DNA from: Nitrospiria bacterium | GTDB lineage: Bacteria > Nitrospirota > Nitrospiria > SBBL01 > JAADHI01 | Direction of reading: 5' to 3' | DNA length: 33,365 nucleotides | Assembly (NCBI GenBank): GCA_046756825.1 | Contig: JBHHXB010000001.1 | Span: 1-33,365 of the forward strand | Shown here: positions 1 to 9,062 of the stretch, piece after piece | Numbering within the stretch: the stretch's first letter is position 1 | How the letters are laid out: each line of letters begins with the position of its first letter | Notes under the pieces: model-generated | Seen by the model: only the letters and a program-made list of their open reading frames with translations | Told to the model about the DNA's origin: nothing | Database searches by the model: none | Made by a program: the position numbers and the translations under genes

Positions 1-356
1 TCCACTTCGGCTTCCTCCACCACGACCAGTTCGATGCAGTACAAACCATCCACATCGGCGATAAAGGTCGGTGTCGCCGTTTCCGGACCGCTGAGCTGTG
101 TCGCGCTGCCCTGTGGAGTGGCCAGAATGCGCCACCGAAAATTGATCTCATCGCCGTCCGGGTCGCGGCTATTCGAGCCGTCCAGAGACACCAATGCGCC
201 GTTTGCCACATTCTGATCCGGCCCGGCGTCGGCGACGGGTTTGTTGTTTGTCTGAACAAGTGCGGCCTGATCCGGTTCGTCATCCACACACCCCGCAAAA
301 AAAAGACTGCAAAGAACCAGAATCGAAAAGAAAAGCCGAAAACCCCGTGTCCGCAC
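1..356 (-). CDS. Lipoprotein with PKD-like domain (C-terminal part cut off by window edge)
   Basis: The minus-strand frame is open from 356 to the left edge; it is absent from the ORF track because no stop lies in the window. GTG at 356 gives VRTRGFRLFFSILVLCSLFFAGC, with n-region, h-region and lipobox FAGC. In-frame ATGs at 413 and 425 are alternative starts. Downstream, ADAGPDQNV..LDGSNSRDPDGDEINFRW is a PKD-type signature. Confidence 0.5.
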   Translation of the reverse strand, partial: MRTRGFRLFFSILVLCSLFFAGCVDDEPDQAALVQTNNKPVADAGPDQNVANGALVSLDGSNSRDPDGDEINFRWRILATPQGSATQLSGPETATPTFIADVDGLYCIELVVVEEAEV

Positions 357-429
357 ACATGTCTCAATATTTGGATATCGGGATTCGCTTCTTATTTTTT
401 TGATGTTTTTCATTTTCTGCACCATATTC

Positions 430-3216
430 CTAGGGTGTAAAACGGGAACGCGCGCGGCTGCGATCGGTCATTTTTTCAGCCAGTTCCCTTCGGTTAAATT
501 CATTAAAAGAAAAACCCGCCGCTCGAAAGGCCTCCACCTTCCAAGTCACTTCCTCTCCCACGGAGATGGCTTTGAGCAAGGGAGAAACCGCCTCGGGAAA
601 GGGCGGCAGGGTGATCTCTTCGAGCGCGCCGGGCACCCAGGCCTGCCACAGACGATCCCCGTTTTTAGCTTCCAGCCTCACGTGATAGAGATCCACCGGC
701 CCGGTTCCGGGCCGCCACGCAAAGACCGGCGTCTCGCCGACATTCGCCGCACCCGGCCCGGGGGACAGCAACACCGGCGGCGCGGGGAGGGAAACATCCA
801 GACTTGAAGGGATTTCGGACAAATTTTGGAGGATTGAAAAACTGCTCGTTTCGTCCGCCTTTTGCGCCAACACGCCCAGAAAAAAGCTTTCAAGCCCCTC
901 GGTCTGAATCGAGCGAATACGATATTGCGAGCCCGGCGACGCTTTCAAAATGTCCGTGTCGGTTCCGGTGAACACGCGGCCCTGCGGCACGACGGCCCCC
1001 ATTGAGGCCATTTTCAGATCGCTCACCTTAAACCCCGCAGGCAGGGAAATTGTGCCCGTCGTTTCAAAAAATACGGGACGCTGGTCGAAAAAAATATCGA
1101 AGGGCAGCCTCCCCCCCGGCCCCAGCGGCCCCAGGCCGGTCCCAAAAGTGAGGTTATAAGACGCCTCATTCGACGCGGCCGAGCCGGTGCGAAAAGCGGT
1201 AAAACCCAGCCGCCGTTTTGAGGCCGGGAAGGACATCCGATACTCCCCGCCGCCGCTTCCCTTCGACATGCGAATCAGGTAATCCCCCTCCGTCAACGCA
1301 GTGATGTTGACATTGCCCGAGGCATCCGTCACGCAGGAGCTGGTACATTCGAGCCCGCCTCCGATCAACAAAAGGTCGCTTCCAGTTAAAGCCGTGTCAT
1401 CGGCCCCTCTCACAGTGAGGGTCGATACGTTCGGAGGGGGCGGAGAAGGCACCTCGCGTTTGACCAATTCGACGAGCCGGACGCTGTTGGGATAGACGGG
1501 AAGCGTCCGCCGGTCTAAAAGCACTCCGGCGGCGTCACGGGCAGTCAAGGTGTACACACCAGCACTCTGCGCCAAGGGGAGATCCAGAACGACAAAACCA
1601 CCGGAGGCATCGGTCTGGCACGAATTCTCGCTGAATGCACATAAAATATTGCCTGAAACGTCAATGGCATAGGCTTTTCCGGCAAATGTTCCCGCTTGAT
1701 CCGTCACGGAAAGCACGGCGTTTGAGATGGGCTCGACCCCTGGATCCCCGTTGAGATCCAAAGCCCCTGTCTTTTTCGTCACCCGGCCCAATATCTCGCC
1801 GTGATTGGGCAGAAAACCCAAACGATTCGGAATATTACCTTCAGCATCCGCCCGGGCGGGGTCTGGAATCCGCGCCTGAATGACCATGTCGGTCAAGACA
1901 CTCAAGGGCACCGCGCTCAAGGGATAGTTCGATTTGGGCCGGTCGTGAAAAGAGACCTCCTGATAGGTCGCCCTGAAACCGCTGCCCGCAGCAATAAAAA
2001 CGACGTAGCGGCTGTTGGACGGACGACCCGAAACCTGATAGTGCCCCGCCGTGACCACGCCGCCATTGGCCGTGAAGGATTCTTCAAACGTGTCGCCGGA
2101 AAAATTGATCACGGCGCGCGGCACCCCGATATTCCCGCCGCTTAACGGGCCTTTTTCCTCTTCCTCCCGGTAGTCGGGCCGAAATGCCACCACCCTGCCG
2201 CTAAGGCTGAGCGTGCTTGAAATGGGGTCAACCGGCAGAGTAAAGACCACCGATCCTTCCGACGGAAGACGGAGAAATCTGAGCCCCACGCCGATGCCCC
2301 GGCTTTCCGAAAAAAGAATCACATCATTATTGGGCACCAATTTCAGAAAAAGAAACCGGCCGTCGTCCGTCGTCGCGGCCAGGGCCGGGTCGAGTTCGCC
2401 CGCCGCATTAAAATAATACGCGCGACCCGCGTCGGCCCCGTTAAAGTATTCCGCCCTCACCTGAACCCCGGACTGGGGGACATGGGCCGCATTGATCACC
2501 GTCCCCAAAACGGCCGTTTCCCCAAAGTTTTGGCGGACACCGGCTTTTTCCGCCCAGAGATCGAGATCCTTCGCATAAACAAAGGTGAGGTTCCGGGGTG
2601 ACGAGCCGTCGAAGTCGATCCGCTGATGCGTGAGGGAGCGGACGGGGCCGTTGAGTTGAAACCCGCCCATGGCATCAATGACCGCCAGAAATGCGGTTTC
2701 GTCTTTCCCGACATCAAACACCTTCCCCTCAATCGACCCGTCGGAGAGCACCTCATCCCTCGGCGCCAGGGGAACCGACACCCGCGAGGCGTTCACTTGA
2801 TAAAACGAGGTGTTTTGAAAGAGGACGGGAAAGGGCGCGTCGGCACAGCCGAAGCAGGCGTAGACGTGGATATCCTGAGGACCGAACACCTCTTCAAAGG
2901 TGGCGATGCCCTGGGAATTTGTGGTGGCGGACCTTGCGCCATCCCTCCCTAAAAAAACCTGGGCGTCGGGAATCGGAGATCGCAGCACCTCGTTAAAAAC
3001 CAGAACCTCCAATCGGCCTTGAATCGGCCCGCCCGCCGTCCCGCCATCCTTGGAGGCAAGCGCGGCCGTCACATTGTGTTGCCCGGTATCGCTGCAGGCC
3101 GCCAAGAACCCCAGCAAAATCATCAGCGGCGCCCACCGAAACCATCGGGTCACGACTGGACCGCGCCGCGCCGCCCCCGGCCTTCGAGATTTTTTAATGT
3201 GTTGCTTGTTCGTCAT
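430..3216 (-). CDS. Large lipoprotein (928 aa) with repeated carboxypeptidase-regulatory-like / Ig-like beta-sandwich domains
   Basis: Lies in ORF 430..3372. The start is moved to ATG 3216, 17 nt after the stop of the upstream gene (3233). This gives MTNKQHIKKSRRPG...LMILLGFLAAC with lipobox LAAC. The motif T(D/N)xxG-hydrophobic-x-hydrophobic recurs (TNSQGIATFEEV, TDDGRFLFLKL, TDASGGFVVLDL, TDASGNVNITAL) and is typical of CarboxypepD_reg-like folds. No catalytic motif was recognised. Confidence 0.7.
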   Translation of the reverse strand: MTNKQHIKKSRRPGAARRGPVVTRWFRWAPLMILLGFLAACSDTGQHNVTAALASKDGGTAGGPIQGRLEVLVFNEVLRSPIPDAQVFLGRDGARSATTNSQGIATFEEVFGPQDIHVYACFGCADAPFPVLFQNTSFYQVNASRVSVPLAPRDEVLSDGSIEGKVFDVGKDETAFLAVIDAMGGFQLNGPVRSLTHQRIDFDGSSPRNLTFVYAKDLDLWAEKAGVRQNFGETAVLGTVINAAHVPQSGVQVRAEYFNGADAGRAYYFNAAGELDPALAATTDDGRFLFLKLVPNNDVILFSESRGIGVGLRFLRLPSEGSVVFTLPVDPISSTLSLSGRVVAFRPDYREEEEKGPLSGGNIGVPRAVINFSGDTFEESFTANGGVVTAGHYQVSGRPSNSRYVVFIAAGSGFRATYQEVSFHDRPKSNYPLSAVPLSVLTDMVIQARIPDPARADAEGNIPNRLGFLPNHGEILGRVTKKTGALDLNGDPGVEPISNAVLSVTDQAGTFAGKAYAIDVSGNILCAFSENSCQTDASGGFVVLDLPLAQSAGVYTLTARDAAGVLLDRRTLPVYPNSVRLVELVKREVPSPPPPNVSTLTVRGADDTALTGSDLLLIGGGLECTSSCVTDASGNVNITALTEGDYLIRMSKGSGGGEYRMSFPASKRRLGFTAFRTGSAASNEASYNLTFGTGLGPLGPGGRLPFDIFFDQRPVFFETTGTISLPAGFKVSDLKMASMGAVVPQGRVFTGTDTDILKASPGSQYRIRSIQTEGLESFFLGVLAQKADETSSFSILQNLSEIPSSLDVSLPAPPVLLSPGPGAANVGETPVFAWRPGTGPVDLYHVRLEAKNGDRLWQAWVPGALEEITLPPFPEAVSPLLKAISVGEEVTWKVEAFRAAGFSFNEFNRRELAEKMTDRSRARSRFTP

Positions 3217-3232
3217 CCTGCTTTTTCCCGCC

Positions 3233-6200
3233 TCAGAAAACGAGCCGAAGCCCGACGGTCCCGACGATTTTTTCATACGACCCCTGGGCGCTCGTGGTCC
3301 CCGACACGAGGGCTTCCTCTGTGTCCGGCGGAATGCTGTCGAGATTGGATCGATGCCCCAACCACGAGCCATTCACCAAAATCTGAATCCCCCGCTCCAG
3401 CCCGATGGTCAGACCAAGACGCACGGACTGACTTTTCGTCTTTCGTTTTTTTGAAAATCCGGTCTCCTGATAAAGATAGTCGCGATAGGCGTACTCGTAG
3501 GCCAGGTTGAGTTGAACACCGCGCATCAAGGGTCTGTCATACTGAATCGACGGAGAGGTTGCCAAAAAGGTAAACTTTCTGCCCTTGCGTCTGGTATTAA
3601 CATTCGCGAAAGCCCGGGCGCCCAGGGTGAGACGCCCGCCCGCCCACTGGCTTCTAAAATAGGTCCCCGAAATCGTGGGCTGATAGGCATCCAGGTCACT
3701 GTTGTTGACGGAATCAAACAGTCTAACCCGGCCCTCGACGGCGAGACTTCCGCCTTCGTCCACATTCGAAAATGTACTGATCGTCACTTCATGTCCCTGA
3801 CTGGAAAGAGCGCCCTCAAACAGGCTGAGCTGGTATTCATATTCAAGGGTCCTTCTTGTTCGATACCCCCTCTTTTCATAATACAGGCGTGTCCCGGTCG
3901 AGAAGAAGGAGACCTGATCCTTGATAAAACTCGACAACTGCGGGGTCAGGCGCAGGCCGAGACGCCGACCGCCGCCGTAATCAAACACCCGCTGATATTG
4001 GCCGACGAGACTGGAAAGAATGTCGTTCGTCGGATCCTCGCTTAAGGTGATGTTGTTATCGACGGTCGTTTGATAGGCGATGGATCGGGTGACAAAGAGA
4101 CGGCTGACGCGCTCTTCGATTTCCTCCCGAAAAGCGGCGGGCAAATCTTTATCCTCCAAGGCAATGTTATAGTGCTTGAGCGCATTCTCAGATTGACCGA
4201 CTTCCTCGTAAAGACTGGCCAGACGCAGTCGTTTCGCCCGGTCTTTGGGCGCAAGCGCCACCGCCTGGTTAAAGTGCCTCAGCGCTTCCCCGGCATTCTT
4301 CCGGCGAAGCGCGATAAAACCTAAATTAAAATACCCCATGGGCTCCTCGGGATCGAGTACGAGCAAGGCCTCAAACTCGGCGCGCGCGGCAGACAGGTTG
4401 CCCTCCCGGCCCGACACAACCCCATTGAGGAGGTGAAAGCGGACCTGAGCAAAACGCCTTACCTTCCCGAAGGTGAGCGGGAGCAGTGCCGCGTAATCCT
4501 GAACGCCCGCCTCTTCCGCCCGGCCCACCTCGATCTGTTCCGCAATCACCTGGAGCATCATCTTGCTGTCTTCGGGGGCAAGCCGGGATAATCGTTGCAA
4601 CAGATGCCGTGCCAGACCCAATTTTTCCTCAAAACGAAACACCTGCCCCCCCGCAGCCAGCCCCGGCAGCGCCGATAAAAAATCGGACTCGGTCCGGACT
4701 TCGCGAATGAGAGCGAGCACCTTGGAAATTTGAATCTCCGAGAGAATCAGATAGGCGTTTTTATCCTTTGGATCCAGTGTCATCACCTTTTCAAAGGCCA
4801 CGACCGCCGCGTCAAAATCCTTGATCTGCTGATAAAACACACCCAGATTAAAAAAGTTCGCGGGGTTGTCCGGCTGCACTTCAATGGCGGTCTGAAACCA
4901 TTTGAGCGCCGATTCAAATTGCCGGGTGCGCATGGCGATTTTCCCCCGGACAGAGAAGGTGCTGACCCGCGCGCTTTCTCCCTCGGCATTTTTAGAGTTC
5001 ACTCCGGCTGCTTTTTCATAAAAAGCCACGGCTTTTTCAAGGGCTTCCCGCTGCTCATAGAGACTGCCGAGATGAATATAGGCCCTCTGGTGACGCGGGT
5101 TTTCCTGAACCGTTTTCAGAAACAAGGCCTCCGCTTTCCGGGTATCGCCCAGTTGAAGATGAATCCTTCCCATGTTGAAATAAAGCGCCGCCTGTGCACG
5201 AGAAGTTTTCAAGGCTCCCTCAAAAACGCTCAAGGCTTCCTTCAAACGTCCCTGTTGCGCCAACAGACTTCCTCTTAGCAGGGGAATTTTTTGATTCGCG
5301 CTCACGCCCCCGGGATTCTCCGCATTGATGTCCACGGCACGGGTAAAGGCCGCAAGGGCTTCCGCAAGCCGTCCCTGACTCTCATACAAGTTCCCAAGAT
5401 TCAGATAGGTTTCCTGGTGTCCGGCATCGGCGGACAGAACTTTTAAAAAGGCCTGCTCCGCCTCTTTCGGCCGCTTTTGAATCATATAAATCCGGCCGAT
5501 GTGATAGTGAAGCTCGGCCTGCTCTCCCGAGAAAGACAGCGCATTCAAAAAGACCGACAGGGCTTCCTCAAAACGCCCGTGGCGGGCAAGCAGCCTCCCC
5601 TGTAATACGGGCATCTTGCTTTTGGCGATTTGCGCGCCCGGCCCTTCCGTATTGATCGCCAGCACTTTTTCAAAACGCGCGAGGGCCTGTTCAATATCCC
5701 CCTGACGCGCGTAAAGATCCCCCAGTCTGACGTGGGCGTCCTGATGATCGGGGTTGATGGCAACGACCTGTTGAAAGGCTTTTTCGGCGGCGGGGTCATC
5801 CTTTTTTTGAAGATAGATCAGACCGATATTGTAGTGCACGCCCGGATCGTCCGGGGTGATTTTTTCGGCTGCCTTGAACAGTCCCAGGGCCTGATCAAAA
5901 TTTCGTGAACGGGCCTGTAAAATCCCCTGAATCATTTTGATTTTAAATCGGCTGACGCTCATCATCTCCCCTGGCGGCCCCAGTTTGAGCACGGCTTCAT
6001 AAACCTCGAGCGCCTCGGATAATTTTTGACGTGCCTCCAATAAACCGGCCAGCCGAAGACGGGCTTCAATGCCGCCCGGATCAAGGCGGATGGCCTCTCT
6101 TAGCGCGGCTTCGGCCGGATCGAGACGCCCCAGCCTTAAGTAACTGATCCCCAGACGAAGCTGAATCTCTGCTTCGTCTGGAAATGTTTTGGACAGGGAC

Positions 6201-6403
6201 TCAAAAAAATCGACGGCATCCTGCCATTTTCCGGCCCGCATAAATTGTCTACCCTCGTCCATTCCTTTTTGAAGCGACGGCTTCGACACCGTCTCCGCCC
6301 AGGCCATGCCGGAAAAGATCAACACAATGGCCACGGCCTGTTTTATGTGCCGCTTCAAGCTCGGATTCAAAAGAAAAATCGGATCCCCGCCGTGAGTTCC
6401 CAT
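3233..6403 (-). CDS. TPR-repeat protein fused to a C-terminal outer-membrane beta-barrel (BcsC/PgaA/PelB/Slam-like architecture)
   Basis: 1056-aa ORF. Signal peptide ..KQAVAIVLIFSGMAWA/ETV. About 700 aa of degenerate 34-residue TPR units follow (repeated A..A...F..AL.L.P....A...LG..Y). The last ~320 aa show alternating-hydrophobic strands and end ..VGLRLVF, the terminal aromatic beta-signal. ATG 6403 overlaps the upstream gene by 37 nt. TTG at 6358 (MKRHIKQAV...) would remove the overlap. Confidence 0.8.
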   Translation of the reverse strand: MGTHGGDPIFLLNPSLKRHIKQAVAIVLIFSGMAWAETVSKPSLQKGMDEGRQFMRAGKWQDAVDFFESLSKTFPDEAEIQLRLGISYLRLGRLDPAEAALREAIRLDPGGIEARLRLAGLLEARQKLSEALEVYEAVLKLGPPGEMMSVSRFKIKMIQGILQARSRNFDQALGLFKAAEKITPDDPGVHYNIGLIYLQKKDDPAAEKAFQQVVAINPDHQDAHVRLGDLYARQGDIEQALARFEKVLAINTEGPGAQIAKSKMPVLQGRLLARHGRFEEALSVFLNALSFSGEQAELHYHIGRIYMIQKRPKEAEQAFLKVLSADAGHQETYLNLGNLYESQGRLAEALAAFTRAVDINAENPGGVSANQKIPLLRGSLLAQQGRLKEALSVFEGALKTSRAQAALYFNMGRIHLQLGDTRKAEALFLKTVQENPRHQRAYIHLGSLYEQREALEKAVAFYEKAAGVNSKNAEGESARVSTFSVRGKIAMRTRQFESALKWFQTAIEVQPDNPANFFNLGVFYQQIKDFDAAVVAFEKVMTLDPKDKNAYLILSEIQISKVLALIREVRTESDFLSALPGLAAGGQVFRFEEKLGLARHLLQRLSRLAPEDSKMMLQVIAEQIEVGRAEEAGVQDYAALLPLTFGKVRRFAQVRFHLLNGVVSGREGNLSAARAEFEALLVLDPEEPMGYFNLGFIALRRKNAGEALRHFNQAVALAPKDRAKRLRLASLYEEVGQSENALKHYNIALEDKDLPAAFREEIEERVSRLFVTRSIAYQTTVDNNITLSEDPTNDILSSLVGQYQRVFDYGGGRRLGLRLTPQLSSFIKDQVSFFSTGTRLYYEKRGYRTRRTLEYEYQLSLFEGALSSQGHEVTISTFSNVDEGGSLAVEGRVRLFDSVNNSDLDAYQPTISGTYFRSQWAGGRLTLGARAFANVNTRRKGRKFTFLATSPSIQYDRPLMRGVQLNLAYEYAYRDYLYQETGFSKKRKTKSQSVRLGLTIGLERGIQILVNGSWLGHRSNLDSIPPDTEEALVSGTTSAQGSYEKIVGTVGLRLVF

Positions 6404-7197
6404 CCGCTTAAGTCAATCTCCAATATCCGCCGCACATTGTCCGGGCCGACATACTGCACGGGGTCGCCCGGCTGTGGAATGGCGCGCGCGACGCCCACGG
6501 CGTCATCCACGGCGTCGCGCTCTAAAAAGGTGTGCCGAAACGATTTGTAAAATAACTGCCTTGTTTTGCCCGTCCTGTAAAGCGCATCCACGCCCACAGC
6601 GAACCACTTCGTTAAATAATAATCCCCGCCGACGCCCCACTCCAACATATAGCCCCCCTCGCTTTCCGCGCGAGAGAGAATGTTCCTCAGAAACTCCTGA
6701 TTCCCTGTATCAAACACATAATTAAAGTCTTCCCGGTAATTCACCTTGATGAGGCTGAACAGACCGATGTCAAGATAAAGGCGGTGTTTTTTGGGAGCAT
6801 CCAGAACATGATAGCGCCCGTGCAAGGCGTATTCATTGAAAGAAACACGAGTCGTTCTTTTCGCCGTGAAGGGCACGATGCCGAAATCCTGAAATTGAAT
6901 CTCGCTCTCCTCGATCGCGGTGGACTCGCCTTCCCAGAACGAGGTTTTCAACATCAGGGAAAAGCGCGGACGGATACGCCACTCGATACCGATGCCGTGT
7001 ACAGGACCGCCTTCCACACCGGGACTGCCCCCCACGCGCGGCGGAATAAAAGTCGTCTGCTGCAGCTGGCCCGTATTCAATAAATTGAGCTTGGCCTGGC
7101 TGTAGCCCGTGGAAATCTGGACATTCCATTCAGCTAAAACATCGGCAGGCCACAGGAACAACCCTAAAAAAATAAACGCGAAAAACAATCCCTTCAT
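6367..7197 (-). CDS. Outer-membrane beta-barrel protein, family unknown
   Basis: 276 aa. Signal peptide MKGLFFAFIFLGLFLWPADVLA/EW. Alternating beta-strand pattern, with C-terminus ..LTAGIRFFF. Confidence 0.7.
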   Translation of the reverse strand: MKGLFFAFIFLGLFLWPADVLAEWNVQISTGYSQAKLNLLNTGQLQQTTFIPPRVGGSPGVEGGPVHGIGIEWRIRPRFSLMLKTSFWEGESTAIEESEIQFQDFGIVPFTAKRTTRVSFNEYALHGRYHVLDAPKKHRLYLDIGLFSLIKVNYREDFNYVFDTGNQEFLRNILSRAESEGGYMLEWGVGGDYYLTKWFAVGVDALYRTGKTRQLFYKSFRHTFLERDAVDDAVGVARAIPQPGDPVQYVGPDNVRRILEIDLSGWELTAGIRFFF

Positions 7198-7440
7198 TCC
7201 ATAACAAACAAAACAGCATTTTTAATATATTTATTGATTTTTTACAAATACTAAATTCACGTCTCCTTATTATCTCACACGATACCGCTCTAAACCTCTC
7301 TCTTCAGCACAAGCGTGACTTTCCCGAAAACAGGATCATCCCTGGAAAAATCGGTTCAAACGAATCTTTTCAAAAGTTCAAGCAAAGGGCGGGTGGATTT
7401 CACGAGGATCGGCGCTAGCTTCCTGAGCGAAAATCGCACG

Positions 7441-8907
7441 CTAAAAGCTATACTTTATTTCAAAAAAAACACGGTCACGATTCACAAAGGTCCCCACAAA
7501 TTGAAACAAACGATCATTCGCCGGTGCCGCGAGATCGGGGAGCAGTGTCTCCCGGTGACCAAAGAAAAAATCCCCGCCCACGGCCAATTGAATACTATCC
7601 GTCATCCTGTACGTCGCCTTTGGCTTGAACAAAACCTCCTCATTGTTAATCAAATAGAGTAAAAAGGCTTGACCCGTGAGCGAGCCTGAGAGAAAGCCGC
7701 GCCGCGCAAACACGCTGATAAAGGTGTCGTACTGGTCTTGAAAGAAAACCGGCTGGTGATTAAAAATAATCCACTGCGAGACGGCCAGGGAAATATCTGT
7801 ACCCAAGAGAATGCTGTCCGCTTCGACGCCCCAGCGCACGTGATCCCGTTTGAGCGCGCCGTTATGATCAAGCCGGTTATCGCCGTCCAAATCGGCTAAA
7901 CGGGTCCCGAAATACTTTCCGGCGATATAAGAGGCCTCGCCCTTTAAAATGACGCGCTTTAAATTCAACATCATCGCCGCGCCGAAAATATGCATCCGAT
8001 GAAATTCCGGATCAAAGACCGGGCCGCAATCCGGGTCGGTCACCGGCTGATCAAATTGCAAGGTGACGGGAAGACATTTCGCCGGCGGGGTGACAAAACG
8101 AAATCCCGTAAATTCGCGAAAAGGTGTCGGAAAATCATCCCAGGTATAAAAATAGCTCAAAGCCAAATCCACCCCCGGCCATGACCGGGAAACACGCAGA
8201 CCGGCTTCTGAATTTCTGAATGTTTGCGGCGGGGACTTCTGACCGGGCAGACGTTGAAACAACTCCCATTCAGAGCCCGGCGGTGCGGGTTTGTGCGGCG
8301 TAATTTCAGGGATCCAGAGCGCCTCAATTTGATACGCCCCCGCGTAATAGTTGGCCTTCGCCATCCATAACGGAATCCGAAAATCAATCAGATCGGGGAG
8401 AATGAATTCTCTGAAATCAAGCGGGTTGATTTCATCCAGTATGCGAAAGCCCAGAAGTTGCTCCCAAACCACGATCTGTCTGCCGATTCGAAGATCAAGG
8501 TTTTGAAACGAGCCGTCAAAATAGACCTCGCGATATTCGGCAAATTCCCGGTTATCTTCTTCTGCGCGTTGAGAGACAAAGGCCAACGGCAGATTGGGGT
8601 CATTGGGCGGATTCACTGTATCGTAATCCGCAAAAAGATACACGGCATCAAGCCAGCCCCATCCCGAGGCAAAAAAATACAGGTTGGGCAGAAGATCCGC
8701 CTGGCTTTCTAAAAAGAGGATGTTTCTGATTTTTGTAAAAGTGGCCGGTTCTCGAATCCTGAAGGCCGTCTCGTTTTTAAGATACCCTCCCAAGCGCACA
8801 CGCGGGAAGTCTGAGTCTTCCGCGGCATAAGGGATTGCGGTTGGGGATAAACATAACGACACCCCGATCAACCACAAAAAAAAACGGGAAAGGACGTTCA
8901 GGAACAC
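7441..8907 (-). CDS. Outer-membrane beta-barrel protein, DUF1302 / alginate-export-like
   Basis: Lies in ORF 7441..9051. The first 48 codons from ATG 9051 would run through a strong hairpin terminator and encode an Arg/His/Pro/Phe-rich non-signal sequence. GTG 8907 gives MFLNVLSRFFLWLIGVSLCLSPTAIPYA/AE, a signal peptide. RLGGYLKNETAFR and IGRQIVVWEQLLGFRILDEINPLD resemble the DUF1302 / Alginate_exp signature (lG+Q.v.WG......D.iNP.D). C-terminus ..FFEIKYSF. Confidence 0.6.
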   Translation of the reverse strand: MFLNVLSRFFLWLIGVSLCLSPTAIPYAAEDSDFPRVRLGGYLKNETAFRIREPATFTKIRNILFLESQADLLPNLYFFASGWGWLDAVYLFADYDTVNPPNDPNLPLAFVSQRAEEDNREFAEYREVYFDGSFQNLDLRIGRQIVVWEQLLGFRILDEINPLDFREFILPDLIDFRIPLWMAKANYYAGAYQIEALWIPEITPHKPAPPGSEWELFQRLPGQKSPPQTFRNSEAGLRVSRSWPGVDLALSYFYTWDDFPTPFREFTGFRFVTPPAKCLPVTLQFDQPVTDPDCGPVFDPEFHRMHIFGAAMMLNLKRVILKGEASYIAGKYFGTRLADLDGDNRLDHNGALKRDHVRWGVEADSILLGTDISLAVSQWIIFNHQPVFFQDQYDTFISVFARRGFLSGSLTGQAFLLYLINNEEVLFKPKATYRMTDSIQLAVGGDFFFGHRETLLPDLAAPANDRLFQFVGTFVNRDRVFFEIKYSF

Positions 8908-8980
8908 ACGGACCTTTTGAATCCTGTGGAGCCTGATTTTTAACGAAAAAAGCGAAAAGTGGCGATCAGGGGCGTGAGGA

Positions 8981-9041
8981 AAAAAGAAGGGCCTATGGTG
9001 CGGGATGAAACGGTATCCTCGCTGCCATAGGCCCCTTTTTT
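8981..9041. terminator. Long hairpin with T-runs on both strands, directly after the second secreted-paralogue gene
   Basis: GGGCCTATGG (8989-8998) pairs perfectly with CCATAGGCCC (9025-9034). An inner GCGAGGAT/ATCC-CGC helix extends the stem. On the minus strand it is followed by TTCTTTTTT, on the plus strand by CTTTTTT. It begins 29 nt after the stop at 9063. Confidence 0.6.
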
Positions 9042-9062
9042 GACACAGCATTCAGAAATAAA

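Noticed and set aside
3217-3372. N-terminal 52-codon extension of the large lipoprotein ORF (start at 3372)
   Set aside because: It would overlap the upstream TPR-barrel gene by 140 nt and put a non-signal Arg/Gly/Pro-rich leader before the lipoprotein signal peptide. ATG 3216 fits both the lipobox geometry and the operon spacing.
3233-6403. Calling the TPR-barrel protein BcsC/PgaA/PelB (a polysaccharide export porin)
   Set aside because: Only the architecture matches. No synthase, deacetylase or glycosyltransferase genes lie in the window, and I could not see family-specific motifs, so the gene symbol is left empty.
7198-7440. Internal promoter or terminator in the 243-nt AT-rich spacer between the two barrel genes
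   Set aside because: Only poor -35/-10 combinations with wrong spacing were found, plus a 4-5-bp hairpin (CAGG..CCTG followed by TTTT). That is not enough to call a feature.
8908-9051. ATG 9051 as the start of the DUF1302-like barrel gene
   Set aside because: The extension would be translated through a long terminator hairpin and yields no signal peptide. GTG 8907 gives a canonical one. This is kept as an alternative until it is checked experimentally.
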